Below, one piece after another: positions 1-13,176 of a stretch of 64,000 nt of DNA. The notes below the pieces were generated by a model. It was not told where the DNA came from and searched no databases. It saw only the letters and a program-made list of their open reading frames with translations. The translations under genes were made by a program, and so were the position numbers. Source of the stretch: Balamuthia mandrillaris (taxonomy: Eukaryota); the NCBI GenBank assembly GCA_031835245.2, contig JAVKOQ020000107.1, positions 62,001-126,000 on the forward strand. Direction: 5' to 3'. Each line of letters opens with the position of its first letter. The stretch's first letter is position 1.

Positions 1-512
1 CCTTATTTATACAAAAAGTAAACAAAAAGAGCTAAACCTTGCAAATAATAAAACGGAGAGAAAGAGAAGAGAGAAGTGAAAAAAAAAAACAAAAACGCAC
101 ATCTCCAGCCAACCGGAATATTCCCTCTTGTAGAAGGGCATTCTTATCTTTCAGAGCAGTTTTCATTTGAACAAGAATAGTTGGTACCTCAAAGCCTTTT
201 TCAAGAAAAAAGTTATGCAAAAATAATAATAATAATAATAAAAGAATAATCACTTCTAACACGCAGCGTACCTGCATCCTCTGTGAGTTCAAGAGTTGTT
301 GGGTCTACGCCGTACACACCTTGGTCCGCGTGCACGCGGACGTGTAGAAATAGCGTCTCCCCTCCTATTGTATTAATGTTGTCAATCAGTAAAGCAGCGA
401 AGCAGGAGACCAGAGGGAGAAGAGAGAAGGGAGAAGAGAGAAGGGAATCAGAAGTCCAATTGTCCACAGGAGATTCAGACATATGCTTGTCTTTTGTTTT
501 GGAATTCATCAT

Positions 513-543
<31 letters not shown>

Positions 544-587
544 AGAAGGGGGACGAAACAAGAAACATCGAAAAGAAACAACGAAAC

Positions 588-619
<32 letters not shown>

Positions 620-1305
620 AGGGAGAGGGAGGGAGAGGGAGGGGAGAGAAACCAAGTATTCGAAGATTAACGCGGAAGTTCAAGCTTGCGGGTTCAAGCA
701 ATACGAGTTTGGCTACAATCTTCTTCGTGTTTTTTTTCTGTAGTCATGAACAAGTTTCAAAAACAACAGCAACAAAATTCAGCCTTATACACAAGGTACA
801 CAAAAAAGAAAAGGGAAGAGCCATAAAGAGTGAACATCAGTAGGAAGGCAGTAGGTGATATTTAATTTTGACTTCTTCACGATTTGTTTCAGCCACACCA
901 TTCATCCGTTGGGTAACAGAGAAGCAGAGAGAGGGAGAAGCAGAGAAGAGAAGACGAAGAACAGCAGCAAGAGAACAAGAGAAGGAGGCAGCGAGAAGGA
1001 AAAACAGAGAATAAAGGAGAAGCAGATGAAGAACAAGGAACAAGAGGAACAAGAACAAGGAAAAAGGAGAGAAGTGACCAGAAAGAAAGAGCGGGAAGGA
1101 AAAGCGTGCCTTATCAAGAGAGCCGGTGGAGGGCTCAAAGGTGAGTTTGCAGGCACTGGTGGGGATGGGGTCAAAGCGGAACTTGATCTTTCTGGCAGAG
1201 TTATTGGTGAGGGTGAAGGTGTCGCTCATGGTCTCCCGAACGGGGCAGGCCCCGTCCCCCAGCCCAAAGTCTAACTCCTCCTTGGAGAGCTGCATCGGCA
1301 AAGAG

Positions 1306-1366
<61 letters not shown>

Positions 1367-1766
1367 TAACACCGAAAGAAAGGAAAATGAATGTAAATCG
1401 AAAGAAGCACAAAAGGGGGAAGAACAACAAGAACAAGAAGAACAAGAACAAGTAGAAGAAAAAAGGTACCACCAAGTCTTGTCTGCCTCCTTTCTCTTCT
1501 ATCACATTGGAGGAACAAAAAAAAGTAGAAGGAGAGAGAGAGAGAAGGGAAAGAGGGGGGTTAGAGCCGGATTGAATATCATATCATATCATATCCTTTG
1601 CAGAGCAGAAGAAAGAGCGGAGTGCGGGAGGAAAAAAAAAAGATATATCCGAACCCAACTCAGCAAGGCTCTCTTTTCGAACGCTGGTGACTTGCCCTTC
1701 GCCGCCGCCAGTACTGGTGGAAGAAGACCCCTCCTGCGGCCTCTTTTTGCTGTTTTTCGCTCCCAT
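1..1766 (-). CDS. Rho GTPase-activating protein with N-terminal MSP/ASH-like Ig domain (Dictyostelium GacA-like architecture); 3' end runs off the window
   Basis: Spliced exons read MGAKNSKK... (MGxxxS myristoylation), ...ELDFGLGDGACPVRETMSDTFTLTNNSARKIKFRF (MSP/ASH-like), ...VYGVDPTTL... and VPTILVQMKTALKDKNALLQEGIFRLAGD (RhoGAP arginine-finger GIFRxxG). Confidence 0.85.
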
Positions 1767-1780
1767 CTTTCTTATTACAA

Positions 1781-1808
1781 CCGATCCGATCCGATCCGAT
1801 CCGATCCG
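1781..1808. repeat. (CCGAT)n pentanucleotide repeat just upstream of the RhoGAP ATG
   Basis: ccgatccgatccgatccgatccgatccg read directly. Confidence 0.9.
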
Positions 1809-2345
1809 CGGCTTTCCTTGCTGCTTACTTTGCTCCGACAACAACAATCTAAAAGGCCAAAGACCAAAGGCCCAACGGGGACGGGGGATGGGGGAAGGGT
1901 AGAGCTGATGATGAGCTTTTCGAAGAGAGAAAAATAAAATAAAATAATAGAAACGATAATTTTTTTTTCTGTCTTTCTTTTTCGTTTTTTTTGTGCCCTA
2001 ATTAGCGGAATCGGAAAATGAGAAAGGGAAGATTACGTCTTCGGGGGTTACCCAAAAGTGCGGTCTCTACGTGTGGACACTTGTTAAGGGGAAAAAGGAA
2101 CTCATCGTAGAACTGTGTTTTAAGGATGGGTTCCTAAAAGGAACGGTTCTTACCGAAATCTGTCCAAGCGCGCCTCTCCCTGTTCTGGACGATCATTGTA
2201 TGGACAACCCGCTCAGAAAAATACGCTCTAATCGTTTCTCTTTTACTTATTAAAAAAAACAGCCATTATAATAATGAATCGATAAATAAAATAAAAAAAA
2301 AGAGAAGAAGAAGAAGAGAAGAATGCCCTTGGGCATCGCGTTCGT

Positions 2346-3484
2346 TCAGCTCAGCAAGCTGCTGCCGGAGGCCTTGTCGCACTGCCGAGGGTCAGGCGGC
2401 TGGTAGGGGTTGAACGTGCACAGCTTCTTGAAGCCCGAGGGGCAGGTGGCCAGCATCTCCCTGCACAGGAAGGGCACGAACCAGTCCATGGGGTCCAGCA
2501 CCTCTTTCCCCTCGCAGGGAGAGAAGTACAGCCCGCAGATGAGCTCCTGCGTGGAGGCCAGGCACTCCTGCGTGGCGTTGGGGTGGTGCGTGAAGGAGTC
2601 GTAGCGCACCTTGGCGGCGTGGTCGATGGCCTGCCAGACTTGGGTGTGGTTGGAGGGCGCGCTGGCCACGGGGTAGTTGGGCTTGCAGAAGGAGGAGGCC
2701 AGGAAGTCCTTTGTCGGTTTCATGCAGACGTACTCCTCTGTGGTTGTTGGGAAAGCAGAGGGTGGCAGGGAAGGCGGAGAAGAGGACGGCAATGAGGGAA
2801 GAGAGGAGACAGAGGAGGCAGAAGAAGGAAGGATGATGGGAGTGCAGCCATTGGGGTCCTCATCGTCCACAAAGAGAGAGCCGGTGTAGCAACTGGCCAT
2901 CATGTCTTGCACCTTTTGTTGTTGCGCGTGTGTTGGTCCGTGAGTGATGAAAAAGAAAGAAAGAAAAAGGAAGAGAAGGTCGTATGCGACTGAGAGAAAA
3001 AAAAACCTTATCGGCACAACGAGCAATGCGGGTGATGCAGCCGCTCCTGCAAATGCCATTCACGTCCTCGCAGTAGGGACACTTTGGGAAGTAGAACGAG
3101 CACAACCTATTTTTTTTGTGGTTGCATTCATAGCACATAAAAGAAGAAGAAGGAAAGAAGAACGAAAGAAGAAGAAGCGATCAGTCTTTGTGACTTCAGC
3201 CAAAGAGAACGACAGAAGAGAGAACGATAGGAAGAGCGAGGATAAGCGGGAGAGCAAACCATCCACGGTAGGCCTCGTCGCAGTCCTGCGTTTGGAGCTG
3301 CTGGGAGCGGTACTTCATGTAAATGTTGGCCACGTTGCCGTCCACCGTCTGGGGGTCCGCCACGCTGGTGCTGTAGTTCACTTGCGTGCAGAACCTCAGC
3401 CCCGTCGGCACCTTGCACTCTCTGCGAGGCGCCGCAGGATGAGCTGAACCAAAACGAAGAGAAAGGAAGAAGCGCAAGGAGAGA

Positions 3485-3528
<44 letters not shown>

Positions 3529-3712
3529 AAAAGCTAAGTAACGCATCAAGAAGAGAGCGAAAAAAAAAATCCAAAAAAAAAGGGTAACCATCGAAAGGAG
3601 AAGCGTTACCAGAGGAGACGAACAGGACGAAGAACAGGACGGGCGTGCAGACAATGGCTCCGATGGCCAGGCGTACGAGGGCCTTGGACCCAGCGGCAAG
3701 GACTTGCTGCAT
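2346..3712 (-). CDS. Secreted or membrane-anchored protein with two Frizzled-type cysteine-rich domains
   Basis: N-terminal hydrophobic segment (LAIGAIVCTPVLFFVLFV). Spliced CRD1: FCTQVNYST...CDEAYRGWLCSFYFPKC...GICRSGCITRIARC. Ser/Pro linker. CRD2: FCKPNYPV...CLASTQELICGLYFSPC...LCREMLATC. Four exons with GT-AG introns. Confidence 0.7.
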
Positions 3713-4012
3713 TTTTATTTCCTCCTTTTTCCCTCTTATTATTTTTTTTTTTGGTTGGCCTTTTTTTTATTTGCTTTTTTAATTTCCGCGCAGAAAAAAT
3801 AAGGTTAGGGTTACTCTAGGGTTAGGATTTTGGTAGGGTTGATCGTCGACATATTTGAAGTTTGATTATTCATCCATTGGAAAATCAAAGAGTATGTTGG
3901 AGGATCTGACCAGTTAACGTCGACAAGAAAGCCCTGGTTTGAATTTTTTGTCCAACAGAAAATCAAACAAAAATTTGCCACAAAAAAAAAAAGGAAAAGC
4001 AAGGAGGCCACG

Positions 4013-5544
4013 ATGGAGGACGCGGCACAAGCAAGCCTTTCGTCTCCCTCAGGGTCCACCACCACCACCAGTGCTCCCCCTTCCTCGTTGAGTTCGTCTT
4101 CCTCGTCGTTGCCCTCTGTTGGTGCGTTGGGAGCAGCAGCTGGAGGGGCCACCGTTGATGCCGTCATCCAGCAATGGAAAGGTCGGTCAAGCCCTTTTGA
4201 CACGCCCCTCTCCCTCTAACCCATTGCAGCAGGGCCACATTCATTTTTTGTTCTCATTTTTTTTGTTGATCCAACCATAACAGCCTTCAACCTCAATGGC
4301 TCACGGGAACAACTGGACAAGCAAGCGGCAGAGGTCGTCCATAACCAAGACACCAGCTTGGAGTCTCGTAAAAAGCTTGCAGAGGCCACCCGCAGTTCGT
4401 TTTCTCTCCTTCTCTTCTTTCTCGTTGTCTCTGCTTCCTTCTCCCCTCTGTCTCTCTTTGCTTCTCTGCTCTCTTCTCTTCTCCATTTCAGGAACTCATA
4501 TATAAACGACAAAGAATTTAGACAACTGCCTCCTGAAACCAAGTTGAAGAGCTTTGGGTCTCTGCTAAAGTCCTACCAGGAGGAGGTCGACAGGCTCACC
4601 CAACGAGGCAGCTTTGCTGAGAAGGTTTTTCTCACGTTGTATAGGTCGTTGGCAGAGATTGCAGATCCAGTTCAGGCTCTTCAGAGTGCTTTGGTATGAA
4701 CCTTTTTGTAATGTTTTATGGAATGGTTGCAGTCTAATTCTCCTCTTTCTCTTTCTCTTTTTCTTTCGTCGTTTCTCTTTCGTCGTTTCTCTTTCGTCGT
4801 TTCTCTTTCTCTTTCTCTTTCTCTTTCTCTTTCTCTTTCTCTTTCTCTTTCTCTTTCTCTTTCTCTTTCTCTTTCTCTTTCTCTTTCTCTTTCTCTTTCT
4901 CTTTCTCTTTCTCTTTCTCTTTCTCTCTCTTCCTCTCTCCCTCTCTCTTCTTTTTCTGCAGAATGATACAAAGCATGCAGAGAAGTTGGCAGAACAAGAA
5001 CAAGAGAATAAAAGGCTCCAAAGACAGCTACAAGAGTTTCGCAAAGAGTTTCAGGAAGTTCAAAACCAGGAGGTTACCATTCGTAACCTCGAAGAAAAGC
5101 TTCGTAATTATGAAACAAAGGTCTCCTTTTCCTCCTCTTTTCTCTATGCTCTCTTTTTCGTACTCAACGATGACATATACAATGTTATTCACTTGGCTAC
5201 GAAAGACGGAAGAGCTGGTGGCAAGCAGGTTACACAACGCCATCTCTCAAGTACACGAGGAACATCACGCAGAATTGGAATCTATGAGAGAAAGGTTACA
5301 CACAACTGAATTCTTGCCTTCGTCAGTTCTTTTTCTATTTTGATGAGCAAAAATGTTGACGAGGCGACTCTATCTGCAGAGAGGCGGAGCTTACACGACA
5401 ACTGGAACTATCACGGACGGAAGCAGCACACATAAGACGTGCCTACGAAGACACTCAAGCCCAAATATTTGACTTAAAAACGAAACATGGTCTCTTGTTC
5501 TTTCTTTCTTTCTTCTCTTACTCTCTCTGCTCTCTCTCTCTCTT

Positions 5545-5595
<51 letters not shown>

Positions 5596-5870
5596 TCTCT
5601 TTCTTTGCTCATGTTTTTGGTATTTCTCTGTTTAGCTAACCTTTTATTATAGATTCTGAGCAAGCAGCAAAACAAGCACAACTTGATATCGTTGTAAACG
5701 AAGTAGAACGAGCCAATGCTAACGTTTTAGCTTTAGAGAGAGAAAGGGTAAGATGCCCTTGTTAAGAAGAAAGAAGACAGAAAATCAGATAAGAGGCTCA
5801 CAGCAACTTCTTCTTTCTCTTAATAGGATCGGTTGAAAGAGCAATTGTTGAAAGGAATGCCTGGGTATAG

Positions 5871-5918
<48 letters not shown>

Positions 5919-6129
5919 AAGCATTCTGCTGACTCTTATTTTGTTAAAAGCGGGGAAGCACACCCAGTGGGAACATCACCAGATATCGAGCTCTCGATTG
6001 CTCAAAAAGATATTGAGATCTCTCAGCTCACTGAGCGTCTTCAAGTAGCAGAGGAATCTCACCAAAAGACGCTGCACGCACATGCCGAACAAGTAGCTAG
6101 TTTGCAAACACTTTTGGAAAGAAAAGTCC

Positions 6130-6170
<41 letters not shown>

Positions 6171-6928
6171 TGTGTCTTACCTCAAACACTGTCCTGCTAA
6201 TAGGAAGAGGAAGTGAAAGCATTGACCACAAAGTTGGAATCCAATCCTACCCCTTCTGAGATTGCCGAGCTCAAACGCGAATTGGAAATATTGAAGGTAT
6301 ATTTGCAATGATCCTCCTTTTTCAAATCTTTTCTTAAAACGAAAACTCTTCATTCAGTCGTTGGACTATGATTTGGGGCTGGGAGCAGAAGAAACTGTTA
6401 TCAACGAGAAGACGGTGGAAAAGTTGCTCAAAGAGAAGAACAGGCGGTTGGAGACAGAGAACATGAAGTTGAAAGCATCTCTCACAGATACTATCCAAGA
6501 GCTAAAGAGAACACAAGAGGAGTTGAGCGCACAACAAAAGCAGGTGGCGGAACAAACTGTGCTCATACAAAAGTTGGAAGAGGACATCTCCAAACACACC
6601 GCCAAGTCTCCCTCTTTGGAGAGCGCTATTGCGCCTTCCACTCCTTATTCTTCTCCCGCTTTAGGATCCGCTATTCCTGTTGCTTCTGTCTCTTCTGTTT
6701 CGTCTTCTGCCCCTTCTGCGGAGGAAGAATTTTCGATGGTGAGAGTGGTTTGCAGTCAGCGAGATCGCTTCAAGGCACGAGCGCAGGAGCTAGAGGCGGA
6801 GTGCAAGGAGTTGCAGGACAAGTTCTCACAAGTGCAGGACCAGCTCTCTTCGCTTCACAACGACAACGTTAAGCTCTATGAGAAAATACGTTACTTGCAG
6901 AGTTATAACCACCTTAGAAGAGATGTAT

Positions 6929-6969
<41 letters not shown>

Positions 6970-7389
6970 CTTCCTGTTTCGCTTCTTTCATTTACACGTG
7001 TTTGAAACCGACAGAGGGTAAGACAGGCAGACGTAGAGTCTGGTTCCAACAGCGAGGATCCGTTTGAAAGCAAATACAAGAAAGCCTATGAGGAGAACAT
7101 AGATCCCTTTGTTCTATTTAACAAAAAGGTATCCCCCCCCCCGTTTCCCTGAACACTATTTGAAGAAAGCTCTCTCAACTCCTTTTGTTTTTGCCAGGAG
7201 AAACAAGAGAGGTACAAAGGCTTGAATGCAGCAGAGCGGATGACACTGCGCACCGGACAGTTCTTCCTCGCCAACAAATACTCGCGCACATTCATCTTTT
7301 TCTACTCTGTCTTTCTCCACTTTCTCGTCTTCCTCACATTGTACAAGCTGGCTAGCACATCCGCTGTCGCTTCGCCTCCTCTCGAATGA
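4013..7389 (+). CDS. CASP: Golgin CASP/COY1 (CUX1 N-terminal coiled coil plus C-terminal TM anchor)
   Basis: QQWK.FNL...SRKKLAEATR, LLKSYQEEVDRLTQRGSFAEKVFLTLYRSLAEIADP, SQRDRFKARAQELE, DNVKLYEKIRYLQSY, YEENIDPF, and C-terminal TM FIFFYSVFLHFLVFLTLY; multi-exon; stop TGA at 7387-7389. Confidence 0.93.
4790..4930. repeat. Intronic (TTTCTC)n hexanucleotide microsatellite in CASP
   Basis: Perfect tandem hexamer read directly. Confidence 0.95.
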
Positions 7390-7476
7390 AACAACAGTGG
7401 CCTCCCTTCTCTGTGTACATAGAGACTTCTCTCATAGAGGAAAAAAAAACTTTCGCTCTTGTTCAAACGTTTGTTC

Positions 7477-8648
7477 TTAATGATGCTGCTGTTGTTGACG
7501 CAACAGCATTTCAGCTATTTGTTGGAGTTGTTGAGGAGGAACGGCACTGCCTGCGCCTTGTTGAGAGGGAGGTTGTTGCTGCGGTTGTTGTGGTGGCTGT
7601 GAATTTTGATAGCCTCCGCCGTGTTGTTGTTGGGGAGGACCACCACCGCCTGCTGGCGGAAGCAGAGAAAGTAGAGATGCCAAGTTTGGCGTTGCCGATG
7701 CTGCTGGACCGCTGCTCGTTTGTTGTAACGATTGTAACAATTGGTTTAGTGATGTTTGTTGTTGAGACGGAGGTTGTTGTTGAGGTTGCTGCTGCTGTTG
7801 AATCTGTGGTTGCTGCATGGCGCTAGCTAATAGTTGTTGTAAGGATTGCTGCAGTGATGGTTGGGTTTGTTGTTGCTGTTGTTGTGGTGGTTGATTTTGT
7901 CCGATTGCTGTCCGCAACTGCGTTTGTTGCTTTGTAAAGGGGAAGAAAGGTAAATACAGAAGCAGAACAGAGCGTTGAAATAAATGACGAGAGCAGACAG
8001 AAGAAAACGGGAGCAGGAGGGAACAAGAAAAAAAAAAGGTTACCTCAAGTAAACGAGAGAGCTGGCCCATGGCCTGTTGCAAGACAGAAGACCCAGCAGT
8101 GGCACTGGCATCGGGTTTGGGAGGAAGAGCAGCGCCAAGTTGATAGGCTTGCGGGTCGTAGCCCTGATCATCCGACCGTTGGTGAGAAGAGTATCTGGTA
8201 TCTCTTGATTCTTCACGATGACGATAACCTTTATTTTTGTTTGTTGAGTGTGTTTTGTTATGACAACAACAATAACAATGAAAATACCTCTTCCATATCT
8301 ATCCTCGGTTCTCATGGGTCCTCCTCCACGGTGTCTACTTCCACCGTCTCGATAGTCGTCCTCTGTCCTTCTATCCAGTGAATCTCTATCGTCTCTATCT
8401 CTATCCGTTCGTTTGTTTCTGTTCCAGTTGCAAGAGAAGAAAGAGGAACGCTGGTTAGAAATTTGTAAAGAGTGATGCGATTGAAGAGCGATGCGACCAA
8501 CCCTGGGCTGTGAGCAAACTCAATAGCTAATGTGCCACCAGCAAAAGATTTGCCATTAGCCTCTCGTCTTGTCCGTTCGGCATCTCTAATATCATAAAAC
8601 TCTACGAACTTTTGCCTATTAAACAGGCCGTGTAAGAGGGAATGTCAT

Positions 8649-8687
<39 letters not shown>

Positions 8688-10407
8688 GAAGCCAACCTAG
8701 GATTTCCTCTGCAGTCGCGTATTTCTTTGATATCGCCCCATTGTTCCAGTAGTTCGCGTAGAAGCCGTTTGGACACAACGTCTCTTGCACCGCGTACTCT
8801 CAAAAACAACGTATCCTATACGAACGAAGATCATGTTAATGTAAGAGTGATGGCGCGGAAAGAAGAAGAAAGATACGTTATTATCCTCTTTGGCGTCATG
8901 GTCGCGTTCGTCTTTTGGCAACGAGTAATGGACATGGATCTACGAGATGGATTGCACCGAGAGTATCACATAAGAGAAGACAAAAAGTGGTTAAGCGGGC
9001 GTAATGTGGTTGTTTTTCACGAGTCGCTGAATCAACTCAACGAAAGAAACTCAACAGAGATTCCGGAAAAAGAAAGAGTTTTCGCTCTCACGCGAAAAAG
9101 AGCTCACTCTCATTTTGCTCGAAAACGGTGTTTGCTTCCTCAGCGATGAGAGGTGGAGAGTTCAAAAATAATAATAATAAACAGAAAGGAAGCTAAGGGA
9201 GGAAACTTACAGGACGGCCGTTCAATGCGTAGTCTTGCAGCTCATTTTTGGCCTTTTCTGCGCTGCGAATGTCGTACTTTGGGATGGATCACAAAGAAGG
9301 GTGCATGGTATGGCGGGAACAACGAAAAAGAAAGAAGCGACGTTAAAGAGCAAAGAAGCGATATAGGGGTGTTGGAGCAGCATTTGTTAAGCGGCCGCAA
9401 TTGGAAGCACAATTCTCTCCAGACGGAGGACGTGTCGGGGAAAGACGAAACGAAGAAAAGAAAAAGAAGAAGAAGAAGAAGAAGAAGAAGAAGAACAAGA
9501 AGAAGAAGAAGAAGAAGAAGAACAAGAAGAAGAAGAAGAAGAAGAACAAGAAGAAGAACAAGAAGAAGAACAAGAAGAAGAAGAACAACAACAACAATAC
9601 CAAGAACAGCAAGAAGCAGAAGAAGAACAGATAAAGAGAGGGAGGAGAGTGAAAGAGGGATTGGCACAACGTGCCGCACGGAAAGGAAATACTCACAAAG
9701 GCGACAAAGGCCATGCCCCTCTTCTCAATGAGCTCGAACACTCGCTTCAGGTCACCAAAGCGACCAAAAAGGTCTCTCAAAGCCTTCTCACTAACGCGAT
9801 ACTCGATGTTTCGTATAAAGAGCGTGCGTGAGGGCTCCTCTTGCACTCTTCTCGATTCGTGCAGCTCCTCCGAGGGCGTTGCGCCTGCTCCGCGTCCTCC
9901 TCCCACTCCTCCTCCTCCTCCGGCTGCTCCTTCTCTGTAACCGCCTCCTCCTCCTCCTCCTACACTCAGTTTTTCTTTCATTTAAAAAACGCAAACATCA
10001 AATCTCTTCACCCTGAGGTGAAGAGAGAAGTGAAGGAAAGAGCGAAAAGAGAGAAAGACAAGAGAAAAGACAATAGTACCAGAAGAATAAGAAAGGTGCG
10101 GAGCAGCTGCTGGCCAACCTCCTCCCCCTCCCCCTCCTGCAGCAGCCAATGGGGGTAACATGGCGGAAGCTGCTGCAGGAGGAGGATAACCTCCAGGCCC
10201 TGCTACTCCTCCTACTCCTCCTTGATGCATCATGAGCGGTGGCGGAATCAATTGTGGTGGCGGTTGCCCCATGAGCGGTAGATTGGAGTGATAAGGGGCA
10301 TGAGGAGGAGGAGCGTGAGGTCCTCTGCTACCCGGAGGTGGTCCTCCCCATGACTGCCTGTACGGTTCGAACCGTTGTGTAGTGGGAGGAGGTCCTCCTC
10401 TTCTCAT
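7477..10407 (-). CDS. RNA-binding protein with two Mei2/AML-like RRMs and Pro-rich/Gln-rich low-complexity termini
   Basis: PSRTLFIRNIEYRVSEKALRDLFGRFGDLKRVFELIEKRGMAFVAF..YDIRAAEKAK (RRM1); LLEQWGDIKEIR...VEFYDIRDAE (RRM2); poly-Q C-terminus. Confidence 0.8.
9464..9630. repeat. Intronic (GAA/CAA)n microsatellite in the RRM gene
   Basis: Tandem trinucleotides read directly. Confidence 0.9.
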
Positions 10408-10817
10408 CTTTCTGCTTTAAAAAAAATAAAAGGAAAAAAATAAAGAGACAAGAGAAAAAAGAAGAAATCAAAGCTCACTCACAGATCAAAAAAAAAACAA
10501 ATCGGCGCTTGCGTGGTGTACGGTTCTCTTCCTCTCTCTTGCGTGGTGCGGTTCTCTCTTCCCCTCTCTTGCGTTCCCCTTTTGCGCTGTTCTTTTCTTT
10601 TTTTCTTCGGAGGACCTACCTATTATCCTAAGAAACTGCACAGCTAATAGAGAACCGTATTTCACAAGGAAAGATCAAATCTAATATGAATACTCAATAT
10701 AAGTAATAGGTAAACAGCATCTAGCCTATTATGATCAGAAGAAACCGTTGGGATAATAGGAAAAAGTCGCATGGTATTAGGAAAGCTCATTTATTATGCA
10801 AAAACAAATACCACAGA

Positions 10818-11180
10818 ATGGAAATAGAAGAAAAGGAGAAAGAAGCAGAAGACGAGGACAGAGAAGGCGAGGAGTGTCTCATCTTGGAGCCGTTTTACGG
10901 CGGCTCGCACCAACAACTGATCGACTTGTTAGTGGCGGATCTGCTTCCTGCAGCCACGGTGCTTTCGTTGCCCGCCAAGAAATGGAAATGGTTGGTACTA
11001 GTGATGATGAGGTAGATGAGAGCACGCTGACCGGTTTAACAAAAAAAAAACACGACAAAGGCGGTTGCGAACGTCTGCTCCCTACTTTGCACAGGTGGTG
11101 CCACCACAACACTCCTTCAAGACCCTCCTCTGTAGCTCCATGCTCAACCTGGCTGAGCTTATCGGTATTTCTTTCATCTC

Positions 11181-11247
<67 letters not shown>

Positions 11248-12661
11248 ATCGACTGCTTCCTCCGCTTCTTCTTCGTGCTCACAAACCCAAAAAAAAAAAG
11301 CGTTGCGGCAAGACCTGGCCTCCCTGCGCAAGATAGTCTACTTTCACGAAAACCAACTGGAGTATCCCTGCAGGGAGGAGAAGGAGCGGGACGTCCAGTT
11401 TGGCTACGCCCAAATGCTGACGTGCATGGTGGCCGATGTGGTCTGCTGGAACAGCCGCTATAACATGACGTCCTTCCTGCACGGCCTTCATGGGAAGCTG
11501 CTCAGGCTGATGCCTCCGGACCAACGCCTCGACTCGGTGGCTGAAGCCATTCGACAAAAGTCGGTCGTGCTCTACTATCCGATAGTACTCTCGTTGCCTG
11601 CTCCTCTGCTGAGTTGCACCGCCGTTGAGAAAGAAGAAGGGCCGTTACACATAGTGTGGAACCATCGGTTAGTTCGCTATCTCTCTTCTCTTGGTCATGC
11701 TCTCCTTTTTTTCCATCTTTCTCGTCTTCCACGTGTTCTTCTTCTTCTTGTCTCCATTCATGCTCGAAAGAGAGAAGAGTAATTGGGTGAAGAATAGGTG
11801 GGAATGGGATAAAGGACCTGACCAGTTTTTCAAGAGTATTTTCGCGTTGCAACAGGAAGGACTCGCCTTTCATGTCTCTGTTTTAGGTACGTAACTGAAA
11901 GATAGAAGAGAAGAGAGGAATAAGGTTAGGAAAGATGAAACCCTCTTTTCATCTACCCATATTAAACAGGAGAGCAGTTCGGAGAGGTGCCAGAGGTCTT
12001 TGAAGAAGCTAGAAAACGATTGGAGCCGCATATCCGCCATTGGGGCTTTCTATCCTCCAAGGACGCTTACTACAAAGCATTGCGTGAGGCCGATGTCGTT
12101 GTCAGCACTGCTCTGCATGGTAATGTGAAGAAGAAGAAGAGAGAGAGCCGAGAAGTAGAGGAGAAAAGACAGCAGAGAGAACGTTAGAGAAGTTCTTACC
12201 TTCAGTTTGTTTGTAGAATTCTTTGGGGTGAGCGTGGTAGAGGCTATAGAACAGGGTTGCTGGCCTATCTGTCCCAATCGTTTGGTCTTTCCAGAGTACT
12301 TGCCCCCTGATCACCTTTATAACACCGAAGTACGTCCTATAGCTTCTCTATTTTCTCTCGTTCTCTCTCTCTCTCTCTCCCCAACTCACTATTTCTCCTG
12401 TAGACCCAGTTAGTAAAGAAGCTGCGTTACTTTGCAAGATATCCTGGTTCGTTGGTTTCATTATTGTGTTTAAGTTTTCACAGTTCATGGAAACTAAAAA
12501 AGTTGCTTCCTGTTTTTTTCTTTAAAATAATAACAGGCAAGCTACGTCATGTAAAGAAAGAAAAGCATGGAGGTGGACCTGTGGTTGATCTCTCACCATT
12601 TTCGTGGAACAACTCGCTGCGGCATCGCTACAAAGCCCTTCTTACGTTGCAGGATGAATGA
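10818..12661 (+). CDS. GTDC1: GTDC1/QTMAN-like glycosyltransferase (DUF3524 plus GT4; tRNA-queuosine alpha-mannosyltransferase family)
   Basis: ILEPFYGGSHQQL, LPAKKWKWRLRTSA, SSMLNLAEL, IVYFHENQLEYP, IVWNHRWEWDKGP, VSTALHEFFGVSVVEA, PNRLVFPE. Confidence 0.92.
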
Positions 12662-12707
12662 ATGCTCCTTTGCTCTCTGCATAACTTCAGAAGAAGAGTT
12701 AAGTCTT

Positions 12708-13132
12708 TTAGTAGGTGGATCCCAATGTCGATGATGCTTTTGTTAGCTTTTCCACAGTTTCTCTTCGGAGCCATGCTGTGTCAGAGTATCTTAAGCATTT
12801 AGCAAGAGAGACTGCCACATTGCTCAACATTTGGTCCTGCATCACAGCAACCAAACAACGAATACCAAGAAGAAGAAGAGGGAGAAAGCAGAAGAAAGCA
12901 GAATGAAGAAAGATGAGCAAGTTTTTGCAAGGAGAAAGAAAGGCGTGTTGACGTCGTACCACTCTCTGAACGTCTTCAGCAGACATGGATTGGCCCCACT
13001 GAAGGAGGTCCACATAGGTTGCGTGCTCTGCCACGCTTTCAGCAATGTTGCGAAGCAAACACTTGAGTTCGCTGCGTGCATGGGTTACATATATTTGGTG
13101 CTCTCGTGAGGCAAAGAAAGAATATGGAGGAG

Positions 13133-13176
<44 letters not shown>

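Noticed and set aside
3802..3840. Chromosome end or telomere array
   Set aside because: Only three dispersed units between genes; kept as a possible promoter motif instead.
10508..10575. ~30-bp imperfect tandem duplication (CTTGCGTGGTG..CGGTTCTCT) upstream of the RRM gene
   Set aside because: Only 2-3 degenerate copies and not seen elsewhere; most likely slippage.
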